Source: an uncultured Gemmatimonadales bacterium
GTDB lineage: Bacteria; Gemmatimonadota; Gemmatimonadetes; Gemmatimonadales; JACORV01
Direction of reading: 5' to 3'
Length of the DNA: 64,000 bases
Assembly: GCA_963729955.1 (NCBI GenBank)
Contig: CAVSQA010000028.1
Location: forward strand, 147,190 to 211,189
Position 1 is the stretch's first letter; every line of letters begins with the position of its first letter. This document shows, one piece after another, positions 29,747 to 41,147 of the stretch. The position numbers and the translations under genes are program-made. The notes beneath the pieces are model-generated. The model was not told where the DNA came from and made no database searches. It saw only the letters and a program-made list of their open reading frames with translations.

Positions 29747-31021
29747 TCAGCTCTGCCGGGCCCACCTCCACAGCTCCTTCAGGTTGGGCCGCTTGCCGTA
29801 CATCAGGATGCCGATGCGATAGACCCGGGCCGACAGCCAGACCACCAGCAGGCTGGAGGCGACGCTGATGGCCAGCGACAGCGCGAGCTGCGACGTCGGG
29901 ACGTCGGACGTCGCCACGCGCACCGGCATGATGATCGGGGAAGAGAACGGGATCATGGACGTCACGATCGCCATCTGGCCGCCCGGATCGTTGAGCGCCG
30001 CAAACGACACGATCAGCGAGAAGACCAGCAGCATCATGACCGGCTGTTGCGCCTGCTGCGCCTCGGAGTCGGCTGTGACCGAGGCGCCGACCACGGCGAA
30101 CAATGCGGAGTACAACAGAAAGCCGAGCACGAAGTAGACGGCGATGACCGCGAGCAGGATCCCGCTGATAACCGGCATCGGGAACGCACTGACTTGATCG
30201 GCCGACACGTGGAAGGCGCCCAGGATCTGGGTGCGGAAGTGCACCACCAGGTACCCCGTCAGCCCCCAGATGCCGACCTGGAACAGGCCGACCCCGCCCA
30301 CACCGATGACCTTGCCGAGCATCAATTGGAACGGGCGGAGGCTGGATACCAGCACCTCGATGATGCGCGTCTGCTTCTCCTCGAGCACGCTGCGCATCAC
30401 GTTGATGCCGTAAATCATGATGACCATGTAGAGTATGATCCCCACGCCGTAGCCCAGGAAGAACGTCACCATCCCGGATTCCCCCGTGGCTCCGTGCTTG
30501 GTGACCCGCAGCGTGCGCAGATTGATCCCGCGCTGCGCCTCCTGCACCACCGCCGCATCCACGCCGTGCCGCGACAGCCGCTCCGTAACGACGCTCTGGC
30601 GCAGCAGTCCTTCCATCACCCCCATGTCGGACAACGACGAGACGTTGCGGCCCCGGTACTCGGCCATCCCCGACTCCACCGTTGCCGACGAGACCGTCAG
30701 AAAGCCGTCAATCGCCTCCGAACGGATGACGCCCGTGAGCGAGTCGCGCAGGGCGTCGTACTGATCGGAGGTCGTGTGGACCAGATTGACCGCGTACCGG
30801 CTCGACCCTTCCAGTTGCGTCTTCAACCGCTCCGCGAACGCCCCCGCCCCGTCGTCCACGAGCACGATGTGGTTGACCTTCCCCGACCTCGACATAAGCA
30901 GGCCCGGTAGGACGGTCACGCTGATCATGAACAGCGGCCCGAGGATGGTGGAAATCAGGAACCACTTCGAGCGGACGCGCTCGATGAACTCGCGGCGGAT
31001 CACCGCCCAGACCTTACGCAT
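29747..31021 (-). CDS. ABC-2 type exporter permease (NatB-like)
   Basis: 424 aa. It has an N-terminal TM, a large extracytoplasmic loop, then a 5-TM bundle with VLEEKQTRIIEVLVSSLRPFQLMLGKVIG, typical of NatB-type permeases. Confidence 0.8.
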   Translation of the reverse strand: MRKVWAVIRREFIERVRSKWFLISTILGPLFMISVTVLPGLLMSRSGKVNHIVLVDDGAGAFAERLKTQLEGSSRYAVNLVHTTSDQYDALRDSLTGVIRSEAIDGFLTVSSATVESGMAEYRGRNVSSLSDMGVMEGLLRQSVVTERLSRHGVDAAVVQEAQRGINLRTLRVTKHGATGESGMVTFFLGYGVGIILYMVIMIYGINVMRSVLEEKQTRIIEVLVSSLRPFQLMLGKVIGVGGVGLFQVGIWGLTGYLVVHFRTQILGAFHVSADQVSAFPMPVISGILLAVIAVYFVLGFLLYSALFAVVGASVTADSEAQQAQQPVMMLLVFSLIVSFAALNDPGGQMAIVTSMIPFSSPIIMPVRVATSDVPTSQLALSLAISVASSLLVVWLSARVYRIGILMYGKRPNLKELWRWARQS

Positions 31022-31970
31022 GGGCCACCTCCGGCGCCGGACTGGCCGCGTCGGGACCCGCCTTGTCGAGGAAGATGCGGTTGAGCGAAGGCTCGACCCG
31101 CTCGAACCGCCGAATCCGGGCGCCCGTCTTCATCAGCCGCTCCAGCACCAGCTGCGGATCCACGCCCTCGCGCAGCCTCAATTCCGCGAACACGCCGGAG
31201 TCGTCCGCCGCCGCGACGAGGTCCGCGACGGCACGCATCGCCTCCGCCCCGGCCGCGCCGTCCTCGAACGCCAATGCCACGTGCGTGCCGCCGTGGACGC
31301 GCTTCACCTCCGCCAGTCCGCCGTCGAGCACCTTGTGGCCCTGCGCGATGATGCACACGTGATCGCAGATCTTCTCGGCGACGTCCATCTGGTGGGTCGA
31401 GAAGATGACGGTGGTGCCGGCGCGCGAGAGGTGCACGACGATGTCCTTGAGGACCTGCTGGTTGATCGGATCGAGGCCGGAGAAAGGCTCGTCCAGGATG
31501 AGCAGCTCCGGCTCGTGCAGCATGGTCCCGATGAACTGGACCTTCTGCTGCATGCCCTTGGACAGCTCCTCGACCTTGCGGGGTCCCCAATCGGCGAGGT
31601 CCAGCCGGCCCAGCCACTCGTCCACCTTCGCCGCGCCGCGCTTGCGATCGACGCCTTTTGCCTCGGCCAGGAAGACCAGCATGTCGCGCACCCGCATCTT
31701 CCGGTAGAGTCCACGCTCTTCCGGCAGGTAGCCGATGCGCGCGCTGTGATGCCGTCCGCCCATCCGGTCGCCGAACAGCTCAATCGTGCCTTCGTCCGGG
31801 ATGGTGATGTTCATGATCATCCGGATCGTGGTGGTCTTGCCGGCCCCGTTCGGGCCGAGCAGACCGTAGACCGCGCCCTTCGGTACCTGCAGGGAGAGAT
31901 CCGACACCGCGACGTGCCCGGAGAAGCGCTTCGCGATGCCTTCGATGGCGACGACGTTGGAGTCGGTCAT
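31014..31970 (-). CDS. ABC transporter ATP-binding protein (NatA-like)
   Basis: ATG at 31970 (MTDSNVVAIEGIAKRF...), 318 aa. Walker A GPNGAGKTT, signature LSKGMQQK, Walker B LLILDEP. It overlaps the permease start by 8 nt. The track ORF 31014..32606 is upstream read-through. Confidence 0.9.
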   Translation of the reverse strand: MTDSNVVAIEGIAKRFSGHVAVSDLSLQVPKGAVYGLLGPNGAGKTTTIRMIMNITIPDEGTIELFGDRMGGRHHSARIGYLPEERGLYRKMRVRDMLVFLAEAKGVDRKRGAAKVDEWLGRLDLADWGPRKVEELSKGMQQKVQFIGTMLHEPELLILDEPFSGLDPINQQVLKDIVVHLSRAGTTVIFSTHQMDVAEKICDHVCIIAQGHKVLDGGLAEVKRVHGGTHVALAFEDGAAGAEAMRAVADLVAAADDSGVFAELRLREGVDPQLVLERLMKTGARIRRFERVEPSLNRIFLDKAGPDAASPAPEVAHA

Positions 31971-32506
31971 GGGGTGAGCAACTCGGCCAGGGTTTCGCCG
32001 AAGGCGGCCGCGGCTTCCGGTCCGCTGGCGGTCACGATCGTGCCATCCAGCACGACCGGTTCTTGTACGTAGGTGGCGCCGCCACGTTTCAGCTCCACGA
32101 TCGCGCGGTCGGCGGGGAAGGTGGTCGCCCGCTTGCCCGCCAGGATACCGGCGCGGGCCAGCACCGGCGGCGAGAGGCAGATGGCGCCGACCGTCTTGCC
32201 CGCGGCGTGGAGCGACCTGACGAGGGCACGCAGCGGCTCGGAGTCCCACAGATGCGCCGGGGCTCCGGCGCCTCCCGCCACGACCAGCGCGTCGAACGAC
32301 CCGGCATCGGCCTGCTGCACGGTGCAATCGACGGTGACCTTGGCCCCGAGCATCCCGACGGCGGTGCCGCTCCGGGTCGAGGCCACCGTCACCGTCGCGC
32401 CGTGCTGCTCGAGGATGCGTCTCGGCTCCAGCAGCTCCTCGTCGCGGAAGCGTTCGGGTGCGATGACGTACAGGACTCTGAATGGCACGCGCGCCTCGCA
32501 GAACAC
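31967..32506 (-). CDS. DJ-1/PfpI family protein
   Basis: 179 aa; the start may be an internal GTG. Contains DALVVAGGAGA and GKTVGAICLSPPVLA (Cys elbow). ATGA overlap with the downstream ATPase gene. Confidence 0.8.
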   Translation of the reverse strand: MFCEARVPFRVLYVIAPERFRDEELLEPRRILEQHGATVTVASTRSGTAVGMLGAKVTVDCTVQQADAGSFDALVVAGGAGAPAHLWDSEPLRALVRSLHAAGKTVGAICLSPPVLARAGILAGKRATTFPADRAIVELKRGGATYVQEPVVLDGTIVTASGPEAAAAFGETLAELLTP

Positions 32507-32551
32507 GCCGGACAGGGAGGGACAATAACAGCGGCGGCTCGGGCGGGCGAC

Positions 32552-33004
32552 TCAGGGCTGAGGCTTGGTGCTTTCCTCCAAAGCGTTCCAGCCAAGCAGC
32601 GCGCACTTGACGCGCACCGGGAACTTGGCCACGCCCGCGAGCGCGCGCGCCTCGCCGAGCGACTGGTCGCGAGCGGCATCGGCGGAACCGTGCAGCATCT
32701 CGCTGAAGCGCGCGGCGAGGGCGCGAGCCTCCGCCAGCCGCTTGCCCTTGATGAGCTGGGTCATCATCGAGGCCGACGCCTGGCTGATCGAGCAGCCATG
32801 GCCCGAGAAGCGCACGTCCGCAATGGTCTCACCGTCGAGGAGAAGATCCAGCTCCAGCTCGTCGCCGCACGTCGGATTGGCCATCGCCACCCGCCGGGTG
32901 TACGCCTCGAGGCTCCCCCGATTCCGCGGCCGCCGGTAGTGGTCGAGAATCAGCTCCTGGTACAGCTCGGCCAGGCCCGAGGCGTCCGCGTCAGGCACGG
33001 GCAT
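32552..33004 (-). CDS. sufU: SUF Fe-S cluster assembly scaffold/sulfur acceptor SufU (NifU-like)
   Basis: 150 aa with NPTCGDE, GHGCSISQAS and VKCALLGW. Confidence 0.9.
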   Translation of the reverse strand: MPVPDADASGLAELYQELILDHYRRPRNRGSLEAYTRRVAMANPTCGDELELDLLLDGETIADVRFSGHGCSISQASASMMTQLIKGKRLAEARALAARFSEMLHGSADAARDQSLGEARALAGVAKFPVRVKCALLGWNALEESTKPQP

Positions 33005-34211
33005 ACCCGAACAGGCTGCGTGCCTTCTCGAGCGCCGCGACCAGGGCGTCCACGTCCTCGCGCGCGTTGTACACGTAGAACGTGGCGCGCGCGGTCGCCG
33101 CGACGTCGAGCCGCCGCATCAGCGGCTGCGCACAGTGGTGCCCGGCTCGGATCGCCACGCCCTCGCTGTCCACGATGGTCGCGAGGTCGTGGGGATGGAT
33201 GTCCGCCAGGGTGAACGACACCACGCCCGCCCGCTCGCCGGCCGGCCCGTACAGCGTCAGGTCCTCGATCGCCGCGAGCCGCTCGAGCGCATACCGCGCC
33301 AGCGCCCGCTCGTGCGCCGCCACCTCCTCCATCCCCAGGTCGCGGAGATAGCGGATGGCCGCGCCGAGCCCGACGGCGCCTTCCACGTTGGGCGTGCCCG
33401 CTTCGAACTTGTGCGGCAGTGGCGCGTAGGTCGCCGTGGTGTCGTGCACCGTGCGAATCATCTCGCCCCCGCCGTGGTACGGCGGCATCGCGTCGAGCAG
33501 CGCCGGCTTCCCGACCAGCGCCCCGATGCCCATCGGCCCCAGCATCTTGTGACCCGAGAAGACGTAAAAGTCCGCGTCCAGCGCCGCGACGTTCACCGGC
33601 AGGTGCGGCACCGCCTGCGCCCCGTCGACCACCACTACGGCGCCGGCGTCGTGCGCGAGCCGCGTCAGCTCGGCGACCGGATTGACCGTGCCGAGCACGT
33701 TCGAGACGTGAGTGAACGCCACGATCTTCGGCTCACGCTCGAGCACCCGCCGGAAGTCGGCCAGATCGATCTGCCAGTCCGGCGTGAGCTCCACCATCGC
33801 GAGCCGCGCCTCACGCGCCTCGGCGAGCAGCTGCCAGGGAATCAGGTTGGAGTGGTGCTCCATCGCGGTGACGAGGATCGTGTCGCCCTTCTGCACCCGC
33901 ACGCGGCCCAGCGAGGAGGCGACGAGGTTGATGGCCTCCGTCGTGCCGCGGACGAAGATCACGCCGTCGGGATCCGGTGCGCCGACGAACCGCGCCACCT
34001 CGGCCCGGACCGCCTCGTACGCTTCGGTCGCGCGCACCGCGAGATCGTACGCGCCCCGATGCACGTTCGCGTTCAGGCTGCCGTAGTACTCGGCGATCGC
34101 CTCGATGACCTGGCGGGGCTTCTGCGTCGTGGCCGCGGAGTCGAGGTACACCAGGCGGTGCCCGTGGACCTCCCGCGCGAGGATGGGAAAGTCGGAGCGC
34201 ACGTCACGCAT
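32991..34211 (-). CDS. sufS: cysteine desulfurase SufS
   Basis: 406 aa. FPILAREVHGHRLVYLDSAATTQKP, SGHKMLGP (PLP Lys), RAGHHCAQP (catalytic Cys). Confidence 0.92.
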   Translation of the reverse strand: MRDVRSDFPILAREVHGHRLVYLDSAATTQKPRQVIEAIAEYYGSLNANVHRGAYDLAVRATEAYEAVRAEVARFVGAPDPDGVIFVRGTTEAINLVASSLGRVRVQKGDTILVTAMEHHSNLIPWQLLAEAREARLAMVELTPDWQIDLADFRRVLEREPKIVAFTHVSNVLGTVNPVAELTRLAHDAGAVVVVDGAQAVPHLPVNVAALDADFYVFSGHKMLGPMGIGALVGKPALLDAMPPYHGGGEMIRTVHDTTATYAPLPHKFEAGTPNVEGAVGLGAAIRYLRDLGMEEVAAHERALARYALERLAAIEDLTLYGPAGERAGVVSFTLADIHPHDLATIVDSEGVAIRAGHHCAQPLMRRLDVAATARATFYVYNAREDVDALVAALEKARSLFGYARA

Positions 34212-34255
34212 TCAGCGCACCTTCCGCGGCCCGGGGCCGCGACCGGCTCTCCACA

Positions 34256-35611
34256 TCACAAAGTTGCTCTGCCATCCGCTGCCGCCCCGGCCGCCCGCCC
34301 GGCGGCCAGCCGCTCCCGCAACATCGCCTCGAGCTGGCCCCGCACGCCCGGGTGCCGCAGCCGCCCGAGGATTTCCGCGCCGAAGCCGTACACCAGCAGG
34401 GCCCGCGCCTCCGCGGGCGCGATGCCGCGGCTCTGCAGGTAGAACAGCTCCTTGGGATCGAGCGGGCCGAGCGTGGCGCCGTGCGTGCACTTCACGTCGT
34501 CGGCGTAGATCTCGAGCTGCGGCTGGCTGTCGGCGCGCGCGTCCTCCGAAAGGACTAGGTTGTGATTGGTCTGCTTCGAGTCGGTGCGCTGCGCGCCGGG
34601 GCGGACGATGATCCGCCCGTTGAACACGCCGCGGGCATGGTCGCCCAGGACGCCGTTGAAGTACTCGTGGCTCCGGCAGTCGGGCTGGGCGTGATCGATC
34701 ACGGTGTGATGGTCCGCGTGCTGCCGGCCGCCGAGCAGGTACAGCCCGTTGAGCAGCAGGTCCGCACCGCGCCCCTCGAGCACATTGGTGATGTCGTGCC
34801 GGGTGAGCGCGGCGCCGAACGCGAGTGGATGGATGCGCAGCTCGCTGTCCCGTCCCTGCGACGTGTGCAGGCTCGCCACGTGGTACGCGCCGGCGCCCTC
34901 CTGCTGCAGGCGGATCAGCTCGACCTGCGCCCCGTCGCCGACCACCAGCTCGGTGACCTGGCTGGTCCAGTAAGTCGCGTCGTCGCCCAGGTAATGCTCG
35001 ACGACCGTCGCGCGCGCCTCCGCGTCCGCGATCAACAGCACGCGGGCATGGGTGACCGCCGGCGAGCGCCCCGGCGCGGTATGGAAGATCAGGTGCAGTG
35101 GCTCCCGCAGCACCGCGCCCCGCGACAGGTGGACGTACGCCCCGTCGCTGAGAAAAGCCGTGTTGAGCGCCGTGAACGCGTTCTCCGCTATGGGCGCGTG
35201 GCGCGCCAGGTGCTGTTCCACCAGCTCCGCATCGTCGCCGCGCAGCGCCGCGGCCAGGTTCCCGGCGCGGACCCCCGCCGGCAAGCCGGCGAGCGACGAG
35301 TGCGCGGCGCTGAACCGGCCGTTGACGAAGACCAGACGCGCCGCCTCGGCCTTCGCGACGCGCACGCCGGCCTCCCCACCGGGTCCCGCGGGGACGAACG
35401 CGGTATCGATCAACGGCGCCACGCTCGTGAAGCGCCAGTCTTCCTGCCGCACGGTCGGAAAGCCGAGTTCGGCGAACCGCGCGATCGCCGCCGCTCGCCG
35501 CTCGCGCAGCCACGCCGGCCCGGCGCCGGCACCGTTGGCCGCGAACGCCTCGAATTGCGCCACGTACCGCTGGACCGCCTCGGCCGGCTGCATCACCCGC
35601 TCGGAGCCCAT
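34256..35611 (-). CDS. sufD: Fe-S cluster assembly protein SufD
   Basis: 451 aa. The C-terminal beta-helix part reads ...NGRIIVRPGAQRTDSKQTNHNLVLSEDARADSQPQLEIYADDVKCTHGATLGPLD... The gene sits between sufC and sufS. Confidence 0.9.
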   Translation of the reverse strand: MGSERVMQPAEAVQRYVAQFEAFAANGAGAGPAWLRERRAAAIARFAELGFPTVRQEDWRFTSVAPLIDTAFVPAGPGGEAGVRVAKAEAARLVFVNGRFSAAHSSLAGLPAGVRAGNLAAALRGDDAELVEQHLARHAPIAENAFTALNTAFLSDGAYVHLSRGAVLREPLHLIFHTAPGRSPAVTHARVLLIADAEARATVVEHYLGDDATYWTSQVTELVVGDGAQVELIRLQQEGAGAYHVASLHTSQGRDSELRIHPLAFGAALTRHDITNVLEGRGADLLLNGLYLLGGRQHADHHTVIDHAQPDCRSHEYFNGVLGDHARGVFNGRIIVRPGAQRTDSKQTNHNLVLSEDARADSQPQLEIYADDVKCTHGATLGPLDPKELFYLQSRGIAPAEARALLVYGFGAEILGRLRHPGVRGQLEAMLRERLAAGRAAGAAADGRATL

Positions 35612-35615
35612 CGGC

Positions 35616-37821
<2,206 letters not shown>

Positions 37822-37822
<1 letters not shown>

Positions 37823-38533
37823 CACGCCCGCCCCCGCCGCGACGGCACGGCGCCGGCCGGTCGGCCGTCCCCCGCCCCGCCCGGCGTGATCGAGTACTCG
37901 CACGAATTGGAGCCTTCGGTGATGTGGGTGCGGCGCTCGACCTGGGCCGCCAGCACCTCCGTCAGGAATCGCCGCTCCGCGGCGCACACCTCGGGATACC
38001 GCTCCGCCACCGCGCGGATGGCGCAGTTGTGCTCGGCCAGCCGGATGGTGCCGTCGCTCGCGTCCCACTCAGCCATGTAACCCTCTTCCGAGAGCAGGCG
38101 CACCAGCCGCTGCAGTCGCACCTCGACCGGCTGATCGACCAGCTCGGTCTTGAGAACTTCGGCCCGTCCCTTGAACTGGTCCGCGAACATGCGGCTGATC
38201 TCACCCCGGCCAGCCCGCTCCTCGATGTGTTGGAGCAGTCCGGTCAGCGCGTCCTCGTAGCGGTTCGGGAAGAGGCCGTCGCCGCGCGCCGTCAGGCGGT
38301 AGACGTAGACCGGCGCACCCATCCCGCGCTGCTCGCGGCCGTAGTTGATGGATCCGTCGAGCTCGAAGCTCCTTCAAGTGCCGGCGAACCGCGTTGGCCG
38401 AGACACCAAAGACGGCGCTAAGCTCTTTGGTGGTAATCGGCTGCGACCTCTTGATCTCGAGCAGAATCTGAGCCCGAAGACCCCGGTGGCCGGAGATGGA
38501 TGGAGATGAGAATGTCATGGTCGGTTGGCCCAC
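37822..38533 (-). pseudogene. SufR-like HTH transcriptional regulator; one frame break as sequenced
   Basis: The HTH half is in ORF 38201..38533 (ILLEIKRSQPITTKELSAVFGVSANAVRRHLKEL). After a +1 break near 38365 it continues ELDGSINYGREQRGMGAPVYVYRLTARGDGLFPNRYE... (ORF 37822..38322). C-terminal Cys residues are present ([25 protein letters not shown]). The start is GTG 38533 or ATG 38518. Confidence 0.7.
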
Positions 38534-38562
38534 TTCACCAATGCTTTTGTTGACGAAGTAAG

Positions 38563-40440
38563 CTAATCCTGGAAGAGGTAGGGGCGCAACACCGCATCCG
38601 CCTCCGGTCCCAGCGCCGTGAGGACGTCGGCGAGCGTGATCCAGGAGTTGCGGTGCTCGACGGCGAGTTGGAAGATGGCTTCACGGAAGCCCGCATCGCC
38701 CGCGGCCCGCCGAGCGGCCTCGATCGCGACCACGCCCTTCGATCGCAGCAGGTCGTTGTTCGTCTCCGACACCGGGACCAGGCTCAGCGGAGCGTAGCCG
38801 GACCTGGACAGGGCGCTCCAAGTCGCCTCCGCTTCCCGCAGCCGGCGCTGACGGACGCTGTCGCCCTGGACCACTCCCTGCGCGACGGCAGCGGTCCACG
38901 CCGGGAAGCTCTCAAGGATCCACGCGGAGCCCGTTCCGGTGGGTGCCGCCGAGTTTCCCCACCACGTTCGCGCCACCTCACGCGCCAGGACGGCGAACCC
39001 CGGTAGCCTCCGGTATTCGCGGACGGCCGGCGGCGGCGGCGGTGCGAAGCCCGTCGGGTGTCCGATCAGCAGGAGACCGGCGAACCCGCGCACGTCGGGG
39101 AGGTCGGTGGTGGCGACGTTGATCTCGCCGATCGAAAGGCGGCCGAATGCCCGTCCGCAGAAGCTCCATGCCGCCTGGATGGACGCCGCCAGCGAGTCGA
39201 TGGCCGACGTCGAGGGTGAGTCGGCCGGCGTGAGCCATACCGAAACGGCGACCCGCGCCGCCTGCCGGGTCACCACCCGGTATGGCCCGAGGGCGAAGGC
39301 CGGCACGGCCGGCGCGACATCCCCCGTCCGCCAGGTCATGCGCCGCCGGCCCGACGATGCCACATCGGACGTCAGGCGTCCCGGGGCCACTGCGCGCCAC
39401 TGCTCCGGCAGGTCGAACGTGAGCGTGATCCGTGCCCGCGGCTGCTCGGCGGCCTGCCCGGCCGAATCCCACACGGGTCGCACTCTCGGGAGCCAATCGG
39501 TCGCGACGTACGCGCCGGTCGACGTGATGCCCAGCAACCGCGGCGGGAGCGGGCGCTCCCGGCGCGCGACATGGTAGAAGACCGTGAACGACGTGGATTC
39601 GCGCGGCTCGACGTCGTCCTGCAGCCAGGCCCACGAGACGCTTCCGTTCGTGCGAGCGTCGAGCTTCGCGGTGAGGTCGCAGATGCTGTCGAGCGTGAAG
39701 GCGGGCCACAGCCAGACGGCCACCGAATCGGTGGGAGCCGCGCCCGTGTTCTCCACGTCCACCCGGACGGCAATGTCGGCGCGCGCGTCCTCAGCATCGT
39801 AGCGCACCAGCGCGTCATAGACTGCCGCCGCCCACGGCGACGGCGGCACCACGCCCGCCGCGGCGATGCTGTCGGCCAACGTCGATGACGTCGCCGCCTG
39901 CGCGGCCGGCGCACCTCGGATCCTGAGCCCTGCGACGACCCGCCGATACCCCGCGGCGATCGAGTCGTGGGACAGTCCGCGCGGATAGCGAAGCTGCAGG
40001 ACGATCAGGTCACTGCCCCGGGCGATCGTGTACTCCTCGACGTCGAGCGCCACGTGATCGATGGCCCCGCTCATCAGGGTCCGAGTGGCGGGCAGGCCGT
40101 CGACGTCGAGCGAATCCCAGGCGAGCAGGCTGTACGTCCGTCCCAACAGGCGCCGCCAGGTCCCGGCCACCCGCTGCACGCTGACCTGCCGCAGGGCGAT
40201 CGGACCGGGGAAGGTGGTGAGAATCAACGCGCCCCACAGCTGCTCGCGCAGCGGCGCGGCCCGCGGATGGAAGATCACGGTCGTGGTCTGCGGACCCACC
40301 CCTGGCTCGAACACCCAGTCGTCGAAGGGGCGGGGCAGCGAAACTCCGTACGCCTCGTTCGCGTAGACCGGGGCGTCGAGGGTCGCCGTGTCCTGCGGGG
40401 CCGGCATACTGGTCAGGACGGCCAGCACGATCCCGAGCAT
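38563..40440 (-). CDS. M1-aminopeptidase-like protein with degenerate zinc site (probable pseudo-peptidase)
   Basis: Intact 625-aa ORF. The segment FAVLAREVARTWWGNS...AWILESFPAW aligns by eye to the M1 signature IAHELAHQWFGN...WLNEGFA. Both His residues of HEXXH are Arg (REVAR), while both Glu residues are kept. Confidence 0.6.
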   Translation of the reverse strand: MLGIVLAVLTSMPAPQDTATLDAPVYANEAYGVSLPRPFDDWVFEPGVGPQTTTVIFHPRAAPLREQLWGALILTTFPGPIALRQVSVQRVAGTWRRLLGRTYSLLAWDSLDVDGLPATRTLMSGAIDHVALDVEEYTIARGSDLIVLQLRYPRGLSHDSIAAGYRRVVAGLRIRGAPAAQAATSSTLADSIAAAGVVPPSPWAAAVYDALVRYDAEDARADIAVRVDVENTGAAPTDSVAVWLWPAFTLDSICDLTAKLDARTNGSVSWAWLQDDVEPRESTSFTVFYHVARRERPLPPRLLGITSTGAYVATDWLPRVRPVWDSAGQAAEQPRARITLTFDLPEQWRAVAPGRLTSDVASSGRRRMTWRTGDVAPAVPAFALGPYRVVTRQAARVAVSVWLTPADSPSTSAIDSLAASIQAAWSFCGRAFGRLSIGEINVATTDLPDVRGFAGLLLIGHPTGFAPPPPPAVREYRRLPGFAVLAREVARTWWGNSAAPTGTGSAWILESFPAWTAAVAQGVVQGDSVRQRRLREAEATWSALSRSGYAPLSLVPVSETNNDLLRSKGVVAIEAARRAAGDAGFREAIFQLAVEHRNSWITLADVLTALGPEADAVLRPYLFQD

Positions 40441-40488
40441 GGCTCGATCCTACTAGTCGGAGCGAAACCGCGCTACATTGGCGGGCCC

Positions 40489-41133
40489 ATGTTTCTGCTC
40501 CTCCCCTTCCTCCTCGGCATAGCCGTCGGCGCGCTCTATTGTGCGCCCGTGGGGCCGGTGAATCTCGAGATCGTGCGGCGCGGTCTCACGGTCGGCTTTC
40601 TCGCCGCTTTCCTGGTTGCCCTCGGGTCGGTCATCGGCGATTCCTTCTGGGCGGCCGTCGGGATTCTCGGCTCGGGACTCCTGATGGAGTCGCTGCCCCT
40701 GCGGGTGGTGATCGGCTTCATCGGCGTCCTGATCCTGCTGTTCCTGTCGTGGAGCGCGTTCCGCGCGTCGGCGCAGAACCCCGACTACCGCCTGTCGGAT
40801 CCACCCCGCAAGCGGGTCGGGTTCGCGGTGGGCGTGGCGCTGTCGATGGCCAATCCGTTCGCGGTGTTCTTCTGGCTGTGGTTGGCCGCCTCGGGCGCCA
40901 TGGCCAGCGTGGGGGTGGACAGCAGCCACCACGTCGCACGCGTGTGGTTCTTCATCGGGCTCGTGGCGGGCGCCATCCTCTACGGCCTCGCGCTCTCGGG
41001 CATCGTCGCCTGGAGCCGCCGCTTCATCTCCGCCCACCTGATGCGGAAGATCAACATCGGGGCCGCCATCGGCCTCCTCGCTCTCGCCGTCGTGATGACC
41101 GTGCGGATCCTCCGGCTCGTCAGGAGGATGTAA
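40489..41133 (+). CDS. LysE/RhtB family amino-acid exporter
   Basis: ATG at 40489 (MFLLLPFLLGIAVGALYCAPVGPVNLEIVRRGL...), 214 aa, 6-TM profile. The track ORF 39967..41133 upstream of this Met is read-through. Confidence 0.8.
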   Translation: MFLLLPFLLGIAVGALYCAPVGPVNLEIVRRGLTVGFLAAFLVALGSVIGDSFWAAVGILGSGLLMESLPLRVVIGFIGVLILLFLSWSAFRASAQNPDYRLSDPPRKRVGFAVGVALSMANPFAVFFWLWLAASGAMASVGVDSSHHVARVWFFIGLVAGAILYGLALSGIVAWSRRFISAHLMRKINIGAAIGLLALAVVMTVRILRLVRRM

Positions 41134-41147
41134 CGCCGCCGCCCGCC

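Noticed and set aside
40441-40488. oriC at the strand-switch gap.
   Set aside because: The gap is only 48 nt, is not AT-rich, and has no TTATCCACA-like boxes.
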